From: an uncultured Candidatus Peribacteria bacterium
GTDB taxonomy: Bacteria > Patescibacteriota > Gracilibacteria > Absconditabacterales > Absconditicoccaceae
NCBI GenBank assembly: GCA_964455295.1
Contig: CAYVXG010000003.1
Span: forward strand, 8,612-44,909
Reading direction: 5' to 3'
Length of the DNA stretch: 36,298 bases
This document shows, in pieces, positions 25,177 to 35,822 of the stretch. The first letter of the stretch is position 1. Every line of letters begins with the position of its first letter. The notes beneath the pieces were generated by a model. That model had not been told where the DNA came from and did not search any database. It saw only the letters and a program-made list of their open reading frames with translations. Both the position numbers and the translations under genes were made by a program.

Positions 25177-25200
25177 GCAGACTGTGATGGTCTGTTTTTT
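25177..25200 (+). terminator. rho-independent terminator (copy 1 of a duplicated 22-mer)
   Basis: cagac (25178-25182) pairs with gtctg (25190-25194), followed by T6. The string cagactgtgatggtctgttttt is repeated exactly at 25995-26016. Confidence 0.7.
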
Positions 25201-25266
25201 CAATTGTTGATATTCATAAGATAATAATTATTTAGTCAATATACTTTAAATATTTTAATAATTACT

Positions 25267-25971
25267 ATGCTTTCTGTTATAGATCTTTCTGAAATTAATA
25301 ATGATGAAACTGCAAATACTCCCGAATTAGGAAATTTACAATATCATTACAAAACATTATTAGATCTTCAAAAAACTCTTTCTCAACAAGATTCTGAATC
25401 AGGGTACTCTTTAATACTTTATAAAGATGAACTCGAAAAAAATATTTCACGTCCTATGGATAAAAAACAAGCTTTAAAGATTTTAAGTTCCAGAATAGCA
25501 AGATATCTACAAGAAGATAAAGATGTTATACAATTTAATAATAAAGATGAGATTATCCTTTATGATTATGAATCATTTGATATTGAAAAACGAAAAACTT
25601 TCCTCGATAACTTTGTTTTATCTGCTGAAAAAAGATTGCAATACTTTAAAGATATCATGGACATAAAGTTTAATACTATGATGAGTATATATGACTGCAT
25701 AGGATATCTTATTAGAAAATGAATTTTTACTGACTTGGAGGGAGAAAGATGGTTAAATAAAGCCTCTAATTTACTAGAAGAGTTTGATAAACAATTTGAG
25801 AAGCTTGTCACCGATGATGATAAAGAGGAAAGTAATTTAAAGGAAATTACTCCTCAAAATTATCGCACTAATCCTCAATTTAATTATTATTTTGGAGAAG
25901 TGATGAATAAGATTGATATTTTATTGGAAAGATTAAGGATACTTAGTAGAGAAGAAAAACTATTGGAATAG
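25267..25971 (+). CDS. hypothetical coiled-coil protein
   Basis: Track ORFs 25267-25722 and 25735-25971 share frame 1 and are joined through one TGA (25720-25722). 234 aa. No recognisable motifs, and no GrpE-like signature. Confidence 0.6.
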
Positions 25972-25994
25972 ATTAATAAGTTTTCTATAAAAAA

Positions 25995-26016
25995 CAGACT
26001 GTGATGGTCTGTTTTT
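25995..26016 (+). terminator. rho-independent terminator (copy 2 of the duplicated 22-mer)
   Basis: The 22-mer is identical to 25178-25199. Confidence 0.7.
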
Positions 26017-26241
26017 ATTTTTGTAAAATATTACAATTAATGTAAAATGACTTGACATATATATATATAGATATTTATAAACTTATTGTTCTTTAATATC
26101 TTATTAGATTATTCTATTTGTAGAACTATCTGATTCAACTTCCTTTCTAGTTGATCCCTCAAAGAAAGTGACCTTATAAGTCATTAAAAGATAAAATAAA
26201 GTTAAAACAACTATTAATAAAACATCAAAATTTAATCAAAA

Positions 26242-27087
26242 ATGAATCTCGAGACTAAAAAACTAACTGCAGAGATATTAGACCGCACCAAAGTGGGTCA
26301 TAATACTTACTTGAGAACTTTCTTAAAAAATTATTGTACAAAGACAGGTTTGGCAGATAACATTTTTATTACGACTAACTTAAGTCTTTTTACATTGCTG
26401 GAGGAAAATAGAGATATCAATCCAGCACATGTAGCCGCTTTGGTGAAATCGTTTAAGGAATGCTATTTACCTACGATTATTTACGTAAATGAATTTCTTC
26501 AGATTATCGATGGTCAACACAGACTTGAGTCAGCAAAAAAAACGAATAAACCCGTTATTTTCTGCATCCAGCCAGGTTGGGGCATTAAAGAAGTGCAGAT
26601 TTTGAATGTAAATTCTAAGAACTGGACAGGTGAGGATTTCATGAACTCTTTTGCGAGGGCTGGGAATGAGAACTATATCCAATTCCGTGAATTATTTGAG
26701 AAATCTCACTTTCCTATCACCATATTATTATCTATTGTACGTAATAAGCCTGGAGATAGAGGAGCTGATTCGAAACAGATATTTATATCTGGAAAGTTAT
26801 TATTTACACACGAAATGAAAATCAATAGCTTAATTAGAGTTACAAAAATACATGAAATTGGGATGTTTCATCCTAATGGTAAGACTAAGAGAGCATTTGT
26901 AGATGCCTGTTTAAGTTTTATATCTCTAAAAGGATACGATCATCAATTGTTTTTAAGGCAATTAAGATCCTATCCAGATGAACTATTACTTCAATCAAAG
27001 CAATTGACAGAAAAGTCTTACTTGGAGATATTTGAGAAAGTTTACAATTACAAGAAGAGAGAAGGTAATAGGATTAAGATTGCTTAG
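26242..27087 (+). CDS. ParB/Srx-fold protein with DGQHR motif (ParB-like nuclease domain family)
   Basis: 281-aa ORF with no TGA. The block NRDINPAHVAALVKSFKE...IIYVNEFLQIIDGQHRLESAKK is the ParB N-terminal-domain / DGQHR signature. Confidence 0.65.
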   Translation: MNLETKKLTAEILDRTKVGHNTYLRTFLKNYCTKTGLADNIFITTNLSLFTLLEENRDINPAHVAALVKSFKECYLPTIIYVNEFLQIIDGQHRLESAKKTNKPVIFCIQPGWGIKEVQILNVNSKNWTGEDFMNSFARAGNENYIQFRELFEKSHFPITILLSIVRNKPGDRGADSKQIFISGKLLFTHEMKINSLIRVTKIHEIGMFHPNGKTKRAFVDACLSFISLKGYDHQLFLRQLRSYPDELLLQSKQLTEKSYLEIFEKVYNYKKREGNRIKIA

Positions 27088-27128
27088 TACTAAAAAGAAC
27101 CATAATTAAGTAACTAAATAAGTAAGGA

Positions 27129-27473
27129 ATGAGAAGATTTACTCAAATTATTTGCTGGATTTTAATTATTGTGCCAGTTTTTTATGGTATTTTAATTGAT
27201 TCTTACGTAGATAGTTTACTACGAGAGGGTGAAAATCCAAAAGATTACAATTTAAGTTTATTTGGGGAAACGGCCCAGATGTGGTGGTATTTTGTGCCTA
27301 TTGGTGCTTGTATCGTACTAATTGCATTAAATTGGAAACAATTTAAAAAGGAAGAGAAGGACTTTCTTGATAGCCCTCTCAATACATCTTGGGATGATAA
27401 GCTCAATTGAATGAGAACAAAAAGCGCTGGTATTGTACTAGCGCTTTTTCATATACTAAAAATTAGTATCTAG
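27129..27473 (+). CDS. small two-TM membrane protein (end ambiguous: TGA 27408-27410 if a stop, TAG 27471-27473 under table 25)
   Basis: MRRFTQIICWILIIVPVFYGILI... and WWYFVPIGACIVLIALNW form two hydrophobic helices. The first TGA is followed directly by a terminator hairpin, which the table-25 reading would translate. Confidence 0.55.
27419..27450 (+). terminator. rho-independent terminator
   Basis: aaaaagcgct (27419-27428) pairs with agcgcttttt (27440-27449) in a perfect 10-bp stem with an 11-nt loop. Confidence 0.75.
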
Positions 27474-27529
27474 ATTTACTAATTTTGGTGTGTAATTTTA
27501 ATGATGAGCGAGAACTCTTTTTTATTATA

Positions 27530-27573
27530 CCCTCACCCCAACCCTCTCCCAAAAGGAGAGGGAGCGCAGAGAG
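27530..27573. repeat. GC-rich inverted-repeat element, compositionally foreign to this AT-rich genome
   Basis: cctcaccccaaCCCTCTCCcaaaaGGAGAGGGagcgcagagag. The 8-bp G/C stem is 27542-27549 with 27555-27562. There is no flanking T-run on either strand. Confidence 0.5.
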
Positions 27574-27625
27574 TTATTTTAGTCTAAATTCTCACGTAGT
27601 GTTTTTGCCGCCTCTGCAGTGTATA

Positions 27626-28474
27626 TTAAGCGTGGGGAAAGTATAATTCCATAAAACTATTATAGATTTTTTCTTGAAGGGTAGTGAGAGGAATATTGAA
27701 ATATTCTGAAATATAAGTGTAGGTATGTACAATATTTGCAGGAGTATTGATTTGACCTCTGATGGCTTGGGGAGCGAGGAAGGGAGCATCTGTTTCGATC
27801 AAAGTTTTGACATCGTGATCTAAGCAGTACTGGTAACTGTCTCTAAGATCTTGGGCTTTGGGATAGCTAATATTTCCACAAAAACCTATGAAAAGCTGAG
27901 TAGTTGTAGATTTATTATCCAGCCGATCTTTGAGAATCTCGAGCTCTGATGGTTGGTAACCCCAACAATGAAAGTAGACATTTCTAGGTAAGACTTCCAA
28001 TGACTGTAAGACTTCAAATGTACCAGCAAAGTCTGTTCTGGAATGAATAATGATGGGTAAGTTGTACTTCACTGCAAGTTCGCACTGCGCTTTAAATAAG
28101 AGTTTTTGAGAAGATGAAAATGGTCTGTATTCCTCTCGATGCATGTCCGTTCCAATTTCTCCAATTCAGATTATAAATTCTTTAAATTCTGACAGTATAT
28201 CTTCTAGTTTCTCTTGGGTAGATTGTAAGAGTTCAGGAGTACTAGCAAGTGATTCTGTTTCACTGGGATGAATGCCCATGGTAGCTCAGATATGAAGATT
28301 TGGATAGATGTTTCTTGCTTGTGTAGCTATTTCCACTGCTTTTTGATTATCCTCAAAGTTGGTAGCAATAATGGAGATTCAGTTTCCTCATATTTGTATA
28401 AAATCTTCAAGATGCTTTTGTCGAGCTTCCCGTAATGGAGAAATGTTGAGATGGGTGTGGGAGTCGATAAACAT
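27626..28474 (-). CDS. tatD: TatD-family metal-dependent hydrolase/DNase
   Basis: ATG 28472-28474 to TAA 27626-27628 (282 aa, 4 TGA). Motifs MFIDSHTHLN, [G]I[G]EIGTD, PIIIHSR, YFHCW and ETDAPFLAP. Confidence 0.88.
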
Positions 28475-28554
28475 GTGAAGAAGAGGATTTTAAATAATCA
28501 GATAAATAGATGATAATTAAAGTAATGGAAAATAAAATTATAAATTTATCAAAC

Positions 28555-28584
28555 AAAAAACTCACCAATCATGGTGAGTTTTTT
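28555..28584 (-). terminator. rho-independent (bidirectional-looking) terminator after the membrane-protein operon
   Basis: aaaaaactcacc (28555-28566) pairs with ggtgagtttttt (28573-28584). The loop is 6 nt, and A/T runs lie on both sides. Confidence 0.85.
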
Positions 28585-28600
28585 ATCTATTTCTTTTATA

Positions 28601-30685
28601 TTATCCAGTAAGATCTGAATATTTAATTTTGAATTTTGCTCCCATGGGTGCTCCTTTCCCATCTTTGGTGTAATCAGCAAATATAGTAGCAGGAGATTTA
28701 TTGGTAGCACTGTAAAATTCTTTAGAGAAGATTTTTTTCATAAATCCTCCAGCAGCTTGATTTGCGTCTGTATCAGCCCAAAACTTATCAATACTGAATG
28801 TTTTCTTTCCATCTTCACCTTCCACGAAATGTTTTGTTTTGTCATCATCCTTTTTGATGATTTTTTTACTCACCATATAGTCGTATCCACCAGCAGTGAT
28901 CCAAGAACTCAGTGCATTTCTCCATTGTGGGCTATCTCATTTGATAGTGGTTTTTCTGGAAATCATATTATCCATAATTCCTTTGAAGAATTTTTGTGAT
29001 TCAGCTTCAAAAGTAGCTACTTTTGTTTTATCTACAAGATTTGGATTGAGATCGGCTTCTTTGATTCCGAAATCTTTTTCCTTAAACGGCGCTGTTCCTC
29101 ATCGATTGATATCATAATCATATCATAATTTTCCAAGAATATTACCTTTGGTTTGTTCTGCAATATCAAACTGACTTCTTTGAGTTTGAGTAATCATATT
29201 ACCTCTAGCGATTCCTTCCACTTTGTTGAAGCCAAATTTGTCTCCGAGTTGATCCAAAGAGATATTTTTACCATCTACACCTAGTGGTAATTTGATGCCT
29301 GTGGTAATGGTTTTCTTTCCTGCATCCATAACCTTTTGTCCATAACTGGAAAGAAGACTGCTCGTAGAAAGTCCTACCCTAAATACAGCCCACAGAAGAC
29401 CCATAGTCATTACACAGATAATCAGATATCCAAAACTTCCCATTATTTGTTTGCTTGTATCTTCATAGACATTTCCATCAAATGTCATCTTTCCTCCTCC
29501 AGGAATGGTGATACTTTCATTGTCTACAGAAATCACTCCTCCATCCACATCATTCCAAAATTTGCTAGCGGCTCCAGAAAGGGACTCTACACTTGTCTGA
29601 TCATTTACTCCTTTGGTGAGAGCACCAAATAAACTGGCAATGGTAATGACCGCTAAGAATAAAGTTGCTGCTACCATAGCGGGTGCGAATATAGCTCAGA
29701 TTATATTTTTTATATCAAAATAATCATCTCCTCTTCCTCTTACTTTTCCTCGTAGAGCATCCAACCGCCCAATTCCTGCGCCTTCCATTCCTCGTCTCAG
29801 AGCAATAAAGGGAGCAAAAAGAAACCGCATCCAAATCATAAATATTCTAGCAAAATTTACGACGAGAAGAGCAATAATTGGGGTGATGAACATAATCATC
29901 AAAAATAGTTTCACTAAGAGTCAGATGGTTACAGATTTTAGTTCATGGGAATCTCCATTACTCGATAAGAAGTCAAAGATATGAAATACTCCGATTCAGA
30001 AATATCTGAGGGGTCAGGACATATTATCTGTAGTAGGAACAATATCTTCAATACTAAGTCCGTCTGTTCCATTACTGGTACAAGAAGGAGTAATGATATT
30101 TGATTTTCACTCAAAATCGATAATAATTTCTTTGGGTGGGCAAGCCATTTGTTCTAGTAGTGATTTCTTCACTGGGAGACTATCGATAATAGAAGAACCC
30201 ATATTGCTTACTCCCAGCAAGGCTAGAGTTCATAAGTCTACCATTGCAGAAAGTGCAAATCGGCTCAGATTTACTGCAAGGGTAGTAATAATCAGTTTGA
30301 CAATTTTAGTACCCAGACCTTTAGTGCCACCTTTGGTGATAACATCCCAAATAATAGTAAGTATTACTCCTACGATCACAAAATTTACTATCGTTCTTGC
30401 AAGGCTCCATCCTTGAAATAAGAAGTCTGCAATCTTGAGTATCTCTCCTGTTACCAGTGAGTTGGTCATGAATTTACCTGCAAGATTAGTAATAGGAATC
30501 CAGATCCATGACAATATTTTCACGAAGGTATCCATTTTTTCTGCAAGATTTTGCTCTACGGTAGAGCCATCTGTAGCAAATGCATAAAACCCATATCCAA
30601 AGAGGAGTATAATCAGACTTATGAGAATGGTATTTTTTGCTTTATTCATAGGTAGGTTAATAATTGAATGTTTAATTTCCTTCAT
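28601..30685 (-). CDS. large polytopic membrane protein A (VirB6/TrbL-like topology, tentative); paralogue of the upstream gene
   Basis: Track ORFs 30230-30685, 29696-29914, 29123-29677 and 28601-28876 and the gaps between them are one frame (694 aa, 9 TGA). There are multiple TM segments, a Cys-containing extracytoplasmic loop and a hydrophilic C-terminal domain. It shares the blocks NSLVTGE, W..R/M..NF/SF.IV..IL..IWDVI and SAMVDLGT with protein B. GGAAGGAG lies 9 nt before ATG 30685. An alternative start is ATG 30647-30649 (MNKAKNTILISL...). Confidence 0.75.
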
Positions 30686-33329
30686 CTTCAGTGTCTCCTT
30701 CCTCTGTCGATCCAGTAGGTGCAGTAATGTTAAGTGGTGGAATTCTAGGTGGATTTTTTATTCTAAATATCCTTCCATCAGAATATACTTCTCAATCATT
30801 ACTAGTATTTAAATCTTTTATTCCAAAATAATCTTTTACATGTGTATGTAAGACTTCTTCATTCTTCACAAAGTCGTTTATCTTTTGATAGTTTTTATTA
30901 AGATTGGACTTATCTACGTTGAAGGCTTGTTCCAATGAGTAGATATTGTTTGTGGTATCGGCTTTTGTAGTATAGAATACCATCTCATTATCATATGATT
31001 TTATAGTATTGTTATTGTTTGCACTTGAAATACCTCCAGTTCTTATCTGTTGTATTCCTTTACTCATATTATTTCTCAACTCTACAATATTCTTAGGTCC
31101 TACAAGTCTGCTTGCTATGCTATCTTCAGTTTGAGCTTCTCTGAGAACTTTCAGTACTCTTTCACTATTTTCAGACTTAGCCATAGCTTTCCAGAAATTA
31201 TCTTGTGTTACGATTTCACTTAAATTATCTCCCGTCACATTCATGGCTTTATCTCCTGTAAGTTTACTCCAGTTAGCCACATCCTCTTTATTGAGATAAT
31301 GGAAGTTTCTGTTTTCTGCTCCTAGACTAATAATTCCATTTGCCATAGTATCTGCTGCCACCTGATTTTTGTTAGTGTCTGGACTATCAAAACTTTGACT
31401 CAAGGCAAATGTCTTATTATGTTTACCTTTTTCCTCAGATCCTGGTAAGCGAGCTTTGGTGTAAGATACCAACTCTTCAGCTGCATCCTTAGTTTTATCT
31501 TTAGTGATGTTTTTCATAATTTCTCCTGGTACTCCACGATCCATATCTGTAATTTGTTTAATACTATCTCGACTCAAGGCTCAGTTTGGACCTGGGAAGA
31601 TTGGTCTACTGCTCAAGTAATCTTCTCCAAATGATTCCATTTTTCTAGTAATATTTTGAGTCATTTTTGAAGCTCCCAATGCCATAAACATCAGTTTTCG
31701 CATAATCATAATTCAGAATATATTTGCTATAATCCAGCTAAAGTAATCAAAGAAAATACTGGTAGAATATTCCGCACTGAACTTTTTCATTTTAATGTCT
31801 GTAATTTTATCTCCTTTGTCATCTACTGTGCTGAAAATCTGATACTCATCGTCTGAATCAATATTTATACCTATTGCTTGAAGTAAACCTGCTTTATCAG
31901 AGTCATACTTCAACATATTATTGGTAGCATTGAGGAAAACAATAGATAATCAGAGGGCTAAGACTACAATTACAGGTTGAAAGATAACATTAATAATGTC
32001 AGATACTCAGGTTTTAAAATTCACCATATCTAGCCAGTTGGATTCAAGTTTTTTACTCATATCTCCGCTTATTCCTTTTCCTTTAAATACCTCATTCAGT
32101 GCTAAGAGTGGTGAAAAAGCTATCACCATTCGCAATATTCCTATTCTTGCTATACTTACAAATGCAAGTGTGATAAGTGGGATAATCAGAAGTATTCCTG
32201 TTATTGCCTTGATAAGGAAGAGCATAACTTCAGTTTCTGTAGATTTTCCACTCACGGTTACATTGAGACTTGTGAAATTGAGTAAAGACCCATATACAGT
32301 ATATAAAGGTCCCACCATAGACTTTGATTTATTAATCAAATCTCCAATAGTACTACAATCTGACATTTCTACTGACCCTTCTTGAAGGAGCTGAGTAAGT
32401 CCTGTTCTACTAGAAATATTGGTGGTATAATCTACTTTCATGAGGGCAGTAGGAGAAAGCGCACAAAATCATTTTCCATTTTCTATACTTTCAGCCATTC
32501 CTTGAGTACTTGTGGAAGTATACTTCCCCTTTTCTTGTTCTATATATTGATTCCAAGAATCTTCATTGATAACATTGTCTTCAAATTTACATGGAAGATA
32601 AGTTTTTGTGGGGTTTTCAGCACAAGAAAATGTAGTATTAAATCTGAAAGTACTTTGTTTTTGTGCCGTAGAGGCACTTGTATCTGCAAGATTGATGATA
32701 CTGCTATTTACCAATATTTTAGTATCATCATTGCTGCTAATAAGTGTAAGAGGTATAGCTCCTACTTGATAGATTAAAATAGTACTTAAATCAATAAGAG
32801 CTGATACTATAAACCAACTAAGAGGAATAAATACACCTGCTAATATCCAAGATTTTATTTTATTGGGTAAATCTTTATAAGGGTCTCCGTCTTTTTTTCG
32901 GATCATCTTTACAATATCCCATAATATCATTGCTGTTAGTACTATGAAGGAAATCTGCATCATGATAGTCCAAAATTTTCTGAGAGTGGTCGTGAGACCA
33001 AAAGCTTCACCATATACCAAACTATTATCCAAAGCCATCCCTGTTATCGCTAGCAAGGGTCGTATGATGATATATAGAGTATTGAGAATAATATCCAACA
33101 AGGAAGCAAGATCATTGAGCGATTTATTAGTGCTTGCATCTGGAGCAGCATTACTTGCATTTTCTGCTAATTGTTGAGCATATTCTTCGCCATTTATTAC
33201 AGGTTGAGCTCGTGCTTTCAGACTTAGAACTGATTCGTCAGGAACAAAAAAGGAATGATGAAAGCCAAAATTTCCTAAGCCAATTCCGACTGCTACTATT
33301 AATCAGATTATTATTTTTTTTATATTCAT
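30672..33329 (-). CDS. large polytopic membrane protein B (VirB6/TrbL-like topology, tentative) with a ~350-aa hydrophilic C-terminal domain
   Basis: ATG 33327-33329 to TAA 30672-30674. Track ORFs 32469-33101, 32007-32441, 31713-31916 and 30792-31577 are all one frame (885 aa, 7 TGA). Features: N-terminal anchor MNIKKIII[G]LIVAVGIGL, at least 6 further TM segments, a 4-Cys loop, and a Pro-rich acidic end. It overlaps the protein A ATG by 14 nt. Confidence 0.75.
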
Positions 33330-33375
33330 AAGAACTGTGTGATTAGTATGAAGAGAGGTATTTTTCCCTTGTTTG

Positions 33376-33404
33376 TTTATACTTAAAATACTAAATTTTG
33401 TCAA
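33376..33404 (-). promoter_or_regulatory. promoter of the two-gene membrane-protein operon
   Basis: On the minus strand: TTGACA (33399-33404), a 17-nt spacer, then TATAAA (33376-33381). The leader to ATG 33329 is about 40 nt. Confidence 0.65.
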
Positions 33405-33457
33405 ATATCAAGATTGCAATAAGGAGCGGAAAAGTTACTATTTTTGAGCTAATAAAT

Positions 33458-33486
33458 TTGACAAAATTATATATTTAATTTCTAAT
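33458..33486 (+). promoter_or_regulatory. candidate pnp promoter
   Basis: TTGACA (33458-33463), a 17-nt spacer, then TCTAAT (33481-33486). The leader to ATG 33500 is short. Confidence 0.45.
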
Positions 33487-33499
33487 TGCTTTGTGTTGC

Positions 33500-35686
33500 A
33501 TGTCGTATAGTATAAGAAAACCTCAAGAAATAGTTTTAAAGCAAGATTTTTTCGGTAAAGAACTTATAATTAGATCGGGAATATTGGCTCCAAATTGTGA
33601 TGGAGCTGTAAGAATTAAGCTGGGTGGTACTGAAGTGTTGGTAACAGCGGTTATGAAAAGAAATCCTAATCCAGATAAAGATTTTCTCCCTTTGACTATC
33701 GATTTCCGTGATAGTAATCATGCTGTGGGTAAAATTGGAGGAGGCGCTTATAGAAAAAGAGAAGGAAGACCTACTGAAATGGTGACCTTGTATGGAAGAA
33801 TTGTAGATCGTACCCTTAGACCTATGTTTCCTAAAGGTATGATCAATGATATCGTAATTAGCGTAACCCCCCTTTCTTTTGATAAAGAGAATGATCTGGC
33901 AACACTTGGTATACTTGGAGGGTCTTTAGCAACTTTGATGGCAGGAATTCCATTTGATGGACCAGTAAGTGGAGTGAGAATCGGATTTACGAAAGCCCAA
34001 ACTAGTGAAAATGAAGGAAAAGTTTCTGTAGGAGATTTTGTTATTAATCCATTGGTAGAAGAATTTGAAAATAATGGTCTCAACTTATTAGTAAGTGGAA
34101 AAAAAGGGAGTATGAATATGATAGAGATGGATGGTATGGAAATTGATGAAGAGACGCTCAGGAAGGCTTTTGAATATGGTCAGGAAGCTACAGACCTACT
34201 CTGTGATATCCAGAGTAAATATTTGGCAATGATTCAGCCTAAGGATCTTTCAGGATTTGTAGCAATCAACTACCCATCTGATGAACTCAAGGCAGAAGTA
34301 GCTCAGCTTATTCCTCATGCTGATATGGAGAAATTCTTCAAAGGAACAAAAGATGAGCGAGATGCTTTATTTATTGAATATAGAAAAAGACTGAGAGATA
34401 AATTTGGACCTTTACTTGAAAATAGAGATGATATAGAATTAGCAGCAAAATACACTTGGGAAAAAGTAAATATGGCTCTGGAATTGCAGGTGAAAGAATA
34501 TTATAAAGAGCTTATTTTAGATAAAAATATAAGAATAGACGGAAGAGCTATGGACGAAATTAGGCAATTGTACTGTGAGGTGGGAATATTGGATAGAGTT
34601 CATGGAAGTGCCTTATTCCGAAGAGGAGATACTCAAATTTTGAATACGACTACCTTGTGAGCACCTGGAGATGTACAATTAACCGATGATATGATGAATG
34701 ATGGAACAGAAAAAAGATATATGCATCACTACAACTTTCCACCATTCTCAGTAAATGAAGCTATGAGAATTAGAGGAACAGGAAACCGTGAAATAGGACA
34801 TGGAAGATTGGCGGAAAAAGCACTTGAGTTCATGATTCCATCAAAACAAGATTTTCCTTACACGATTAGACTAGTTTCAGATTGCTTAGCAAGTGGAGGG
34901 TCTACGAGTATGGGTTCAGTCTGTGCGAGTACGCTCAGTCTTATGGATGCAGGAGTACCAATCAAAAAACCAGTTTCAGGAATAGCAATGGGAATTTGTT
35001 CACGTACTAATGATCAAGGAATTCCGTCAGAATATAAAGTTCTTATTGATATTCAAGGAGCAGAAGATCATAATTGTGATATGGACTTCAAAGTTGCAGG
35101 TACGCCCGATGGTATTACAGCAATACAACTTGACATGAAAATCAGAGGAATAACAGTGGATATGGCTATGGAAGTAGTTCAAAAAGCTAATATTGCTAGA
35201 CTAGAAATTATGGAATTCATGCTTCAAACTCTTGCTAAGCCAAGATTGGAATTATCAGAATTTGCTCCAAAAATTACGGTAATACAAGTAGATCCTTCAA
35301 AAATAAAGATTGTTATTGGAAAAGGAGGAGAAATGATTGATAAGATTATTGCAGAGACTGGAGTAAAAATTGACTTTGACGATGAGGGAACTTGTATGAT
35401 TACGAGTAGAGATGCCAAAGCAATTCAAAGAACCATCGAAATTATTCAAGATTTGACGTATGAACCCAAAATTGGAGATGAATTTGATGGAGTAATTACA
35501 AGAATTGAAAATTATGGAATATTTGTGAAATATACAAAAGATAAGATAGGATTATCAGGAGCAAGAAACTTAGGACTCAAATTTGGAGAAAACCCAGCAA
35601 CATTTTATAAAATAGATCAACGTATTAGAGTAAAAATTGTAGGAATTACTCCTGAAGGGAAAATTGACTTACAGCCAGTAAAATAA
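33500..35686 (+). CDS. pnp: polyribonucleotide nucleotidyltransferase (PNPase)
   Basis: Track ORFs 33491-34660 and 34691-35686 share a frame and are joined through TGA 34658-34660 on the conserved Gly of ...ILNTTTL[G]APGD.... Two RNase PH cores (DRTLRPMFPKG; GHGRLAEKAL; GGSTSMGSVCASTLSLMDAGVP), a KH domain (IGKGGEMIDKI) and an S1 domain (GDEFDGVITRIENYGIFVK). Start at ATG 33500 (MSYSIRKPQE). Confidence 0.95.
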
Positions 35687-35822
35687 TTTGTCACAGAACA
35701 TTACTTGAAGTGTATGTCAATATAGCTACTATAATCTGAGTTAATATTCAAAATAGTAATTAAACCATCATATAAAACTATAAATTCATTCTTTTTATTT
35801 TAATTTTTTAAACCTTACAACA

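Noticed and set aside
23373-25224. Several 60-118-aa ORFs lie antisense to or overlapping dnaK (23373-23672, 23754-24110, 24444-24632, 24539-24763, 24936-25169, 24943-25224).
   Set aside because: They lie inside or opposite a highly conserved intact gene. Their composition is low-complexity and typical of AT-rich antisense frames.
25267-25971. Given its position after dnaK, this gene could be grpE or dnaJ.
   Set aside because: There is no GrpE C-terminal beta-domain pattern, and no J-domain HPD motif or Cys-rich zinc finger. It is called hypothetical.
26058-26069. An (AT)n microsatellite upstream of the ParB-like gene could be a phase-variation tract.
   Set aside because: It is only about 6 repeat units and lies within an AT-rich promoter spacer, which is too short to argue for slipped-strand regulation. 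It is noted only as part of the island border.
31996-33331. + strand ORFs (31996-32385, 32382-32777, 32944-33177, 33134-33331) lie opposite the large membrane-protein gene.
   Set aside because: They are antisense shadows of the 885-aa minus-strand ORF, which has coherent TM-helix periodicity and a paralogue. The + strand ORFs have no motifs or start signals.
367-35686. The fragmented ORFs in recJ, the HD gene, nrdJ, lepA, mscS, tatD, pnp and others could indicate a heavily pseudogenised region.
   Set aside because: All breaks are TGA only. The fragments stay in one frame with no TAA or TAG, and the TGA positions coincide with invariant glycines. This is codon reassignment (table 25), not decay.
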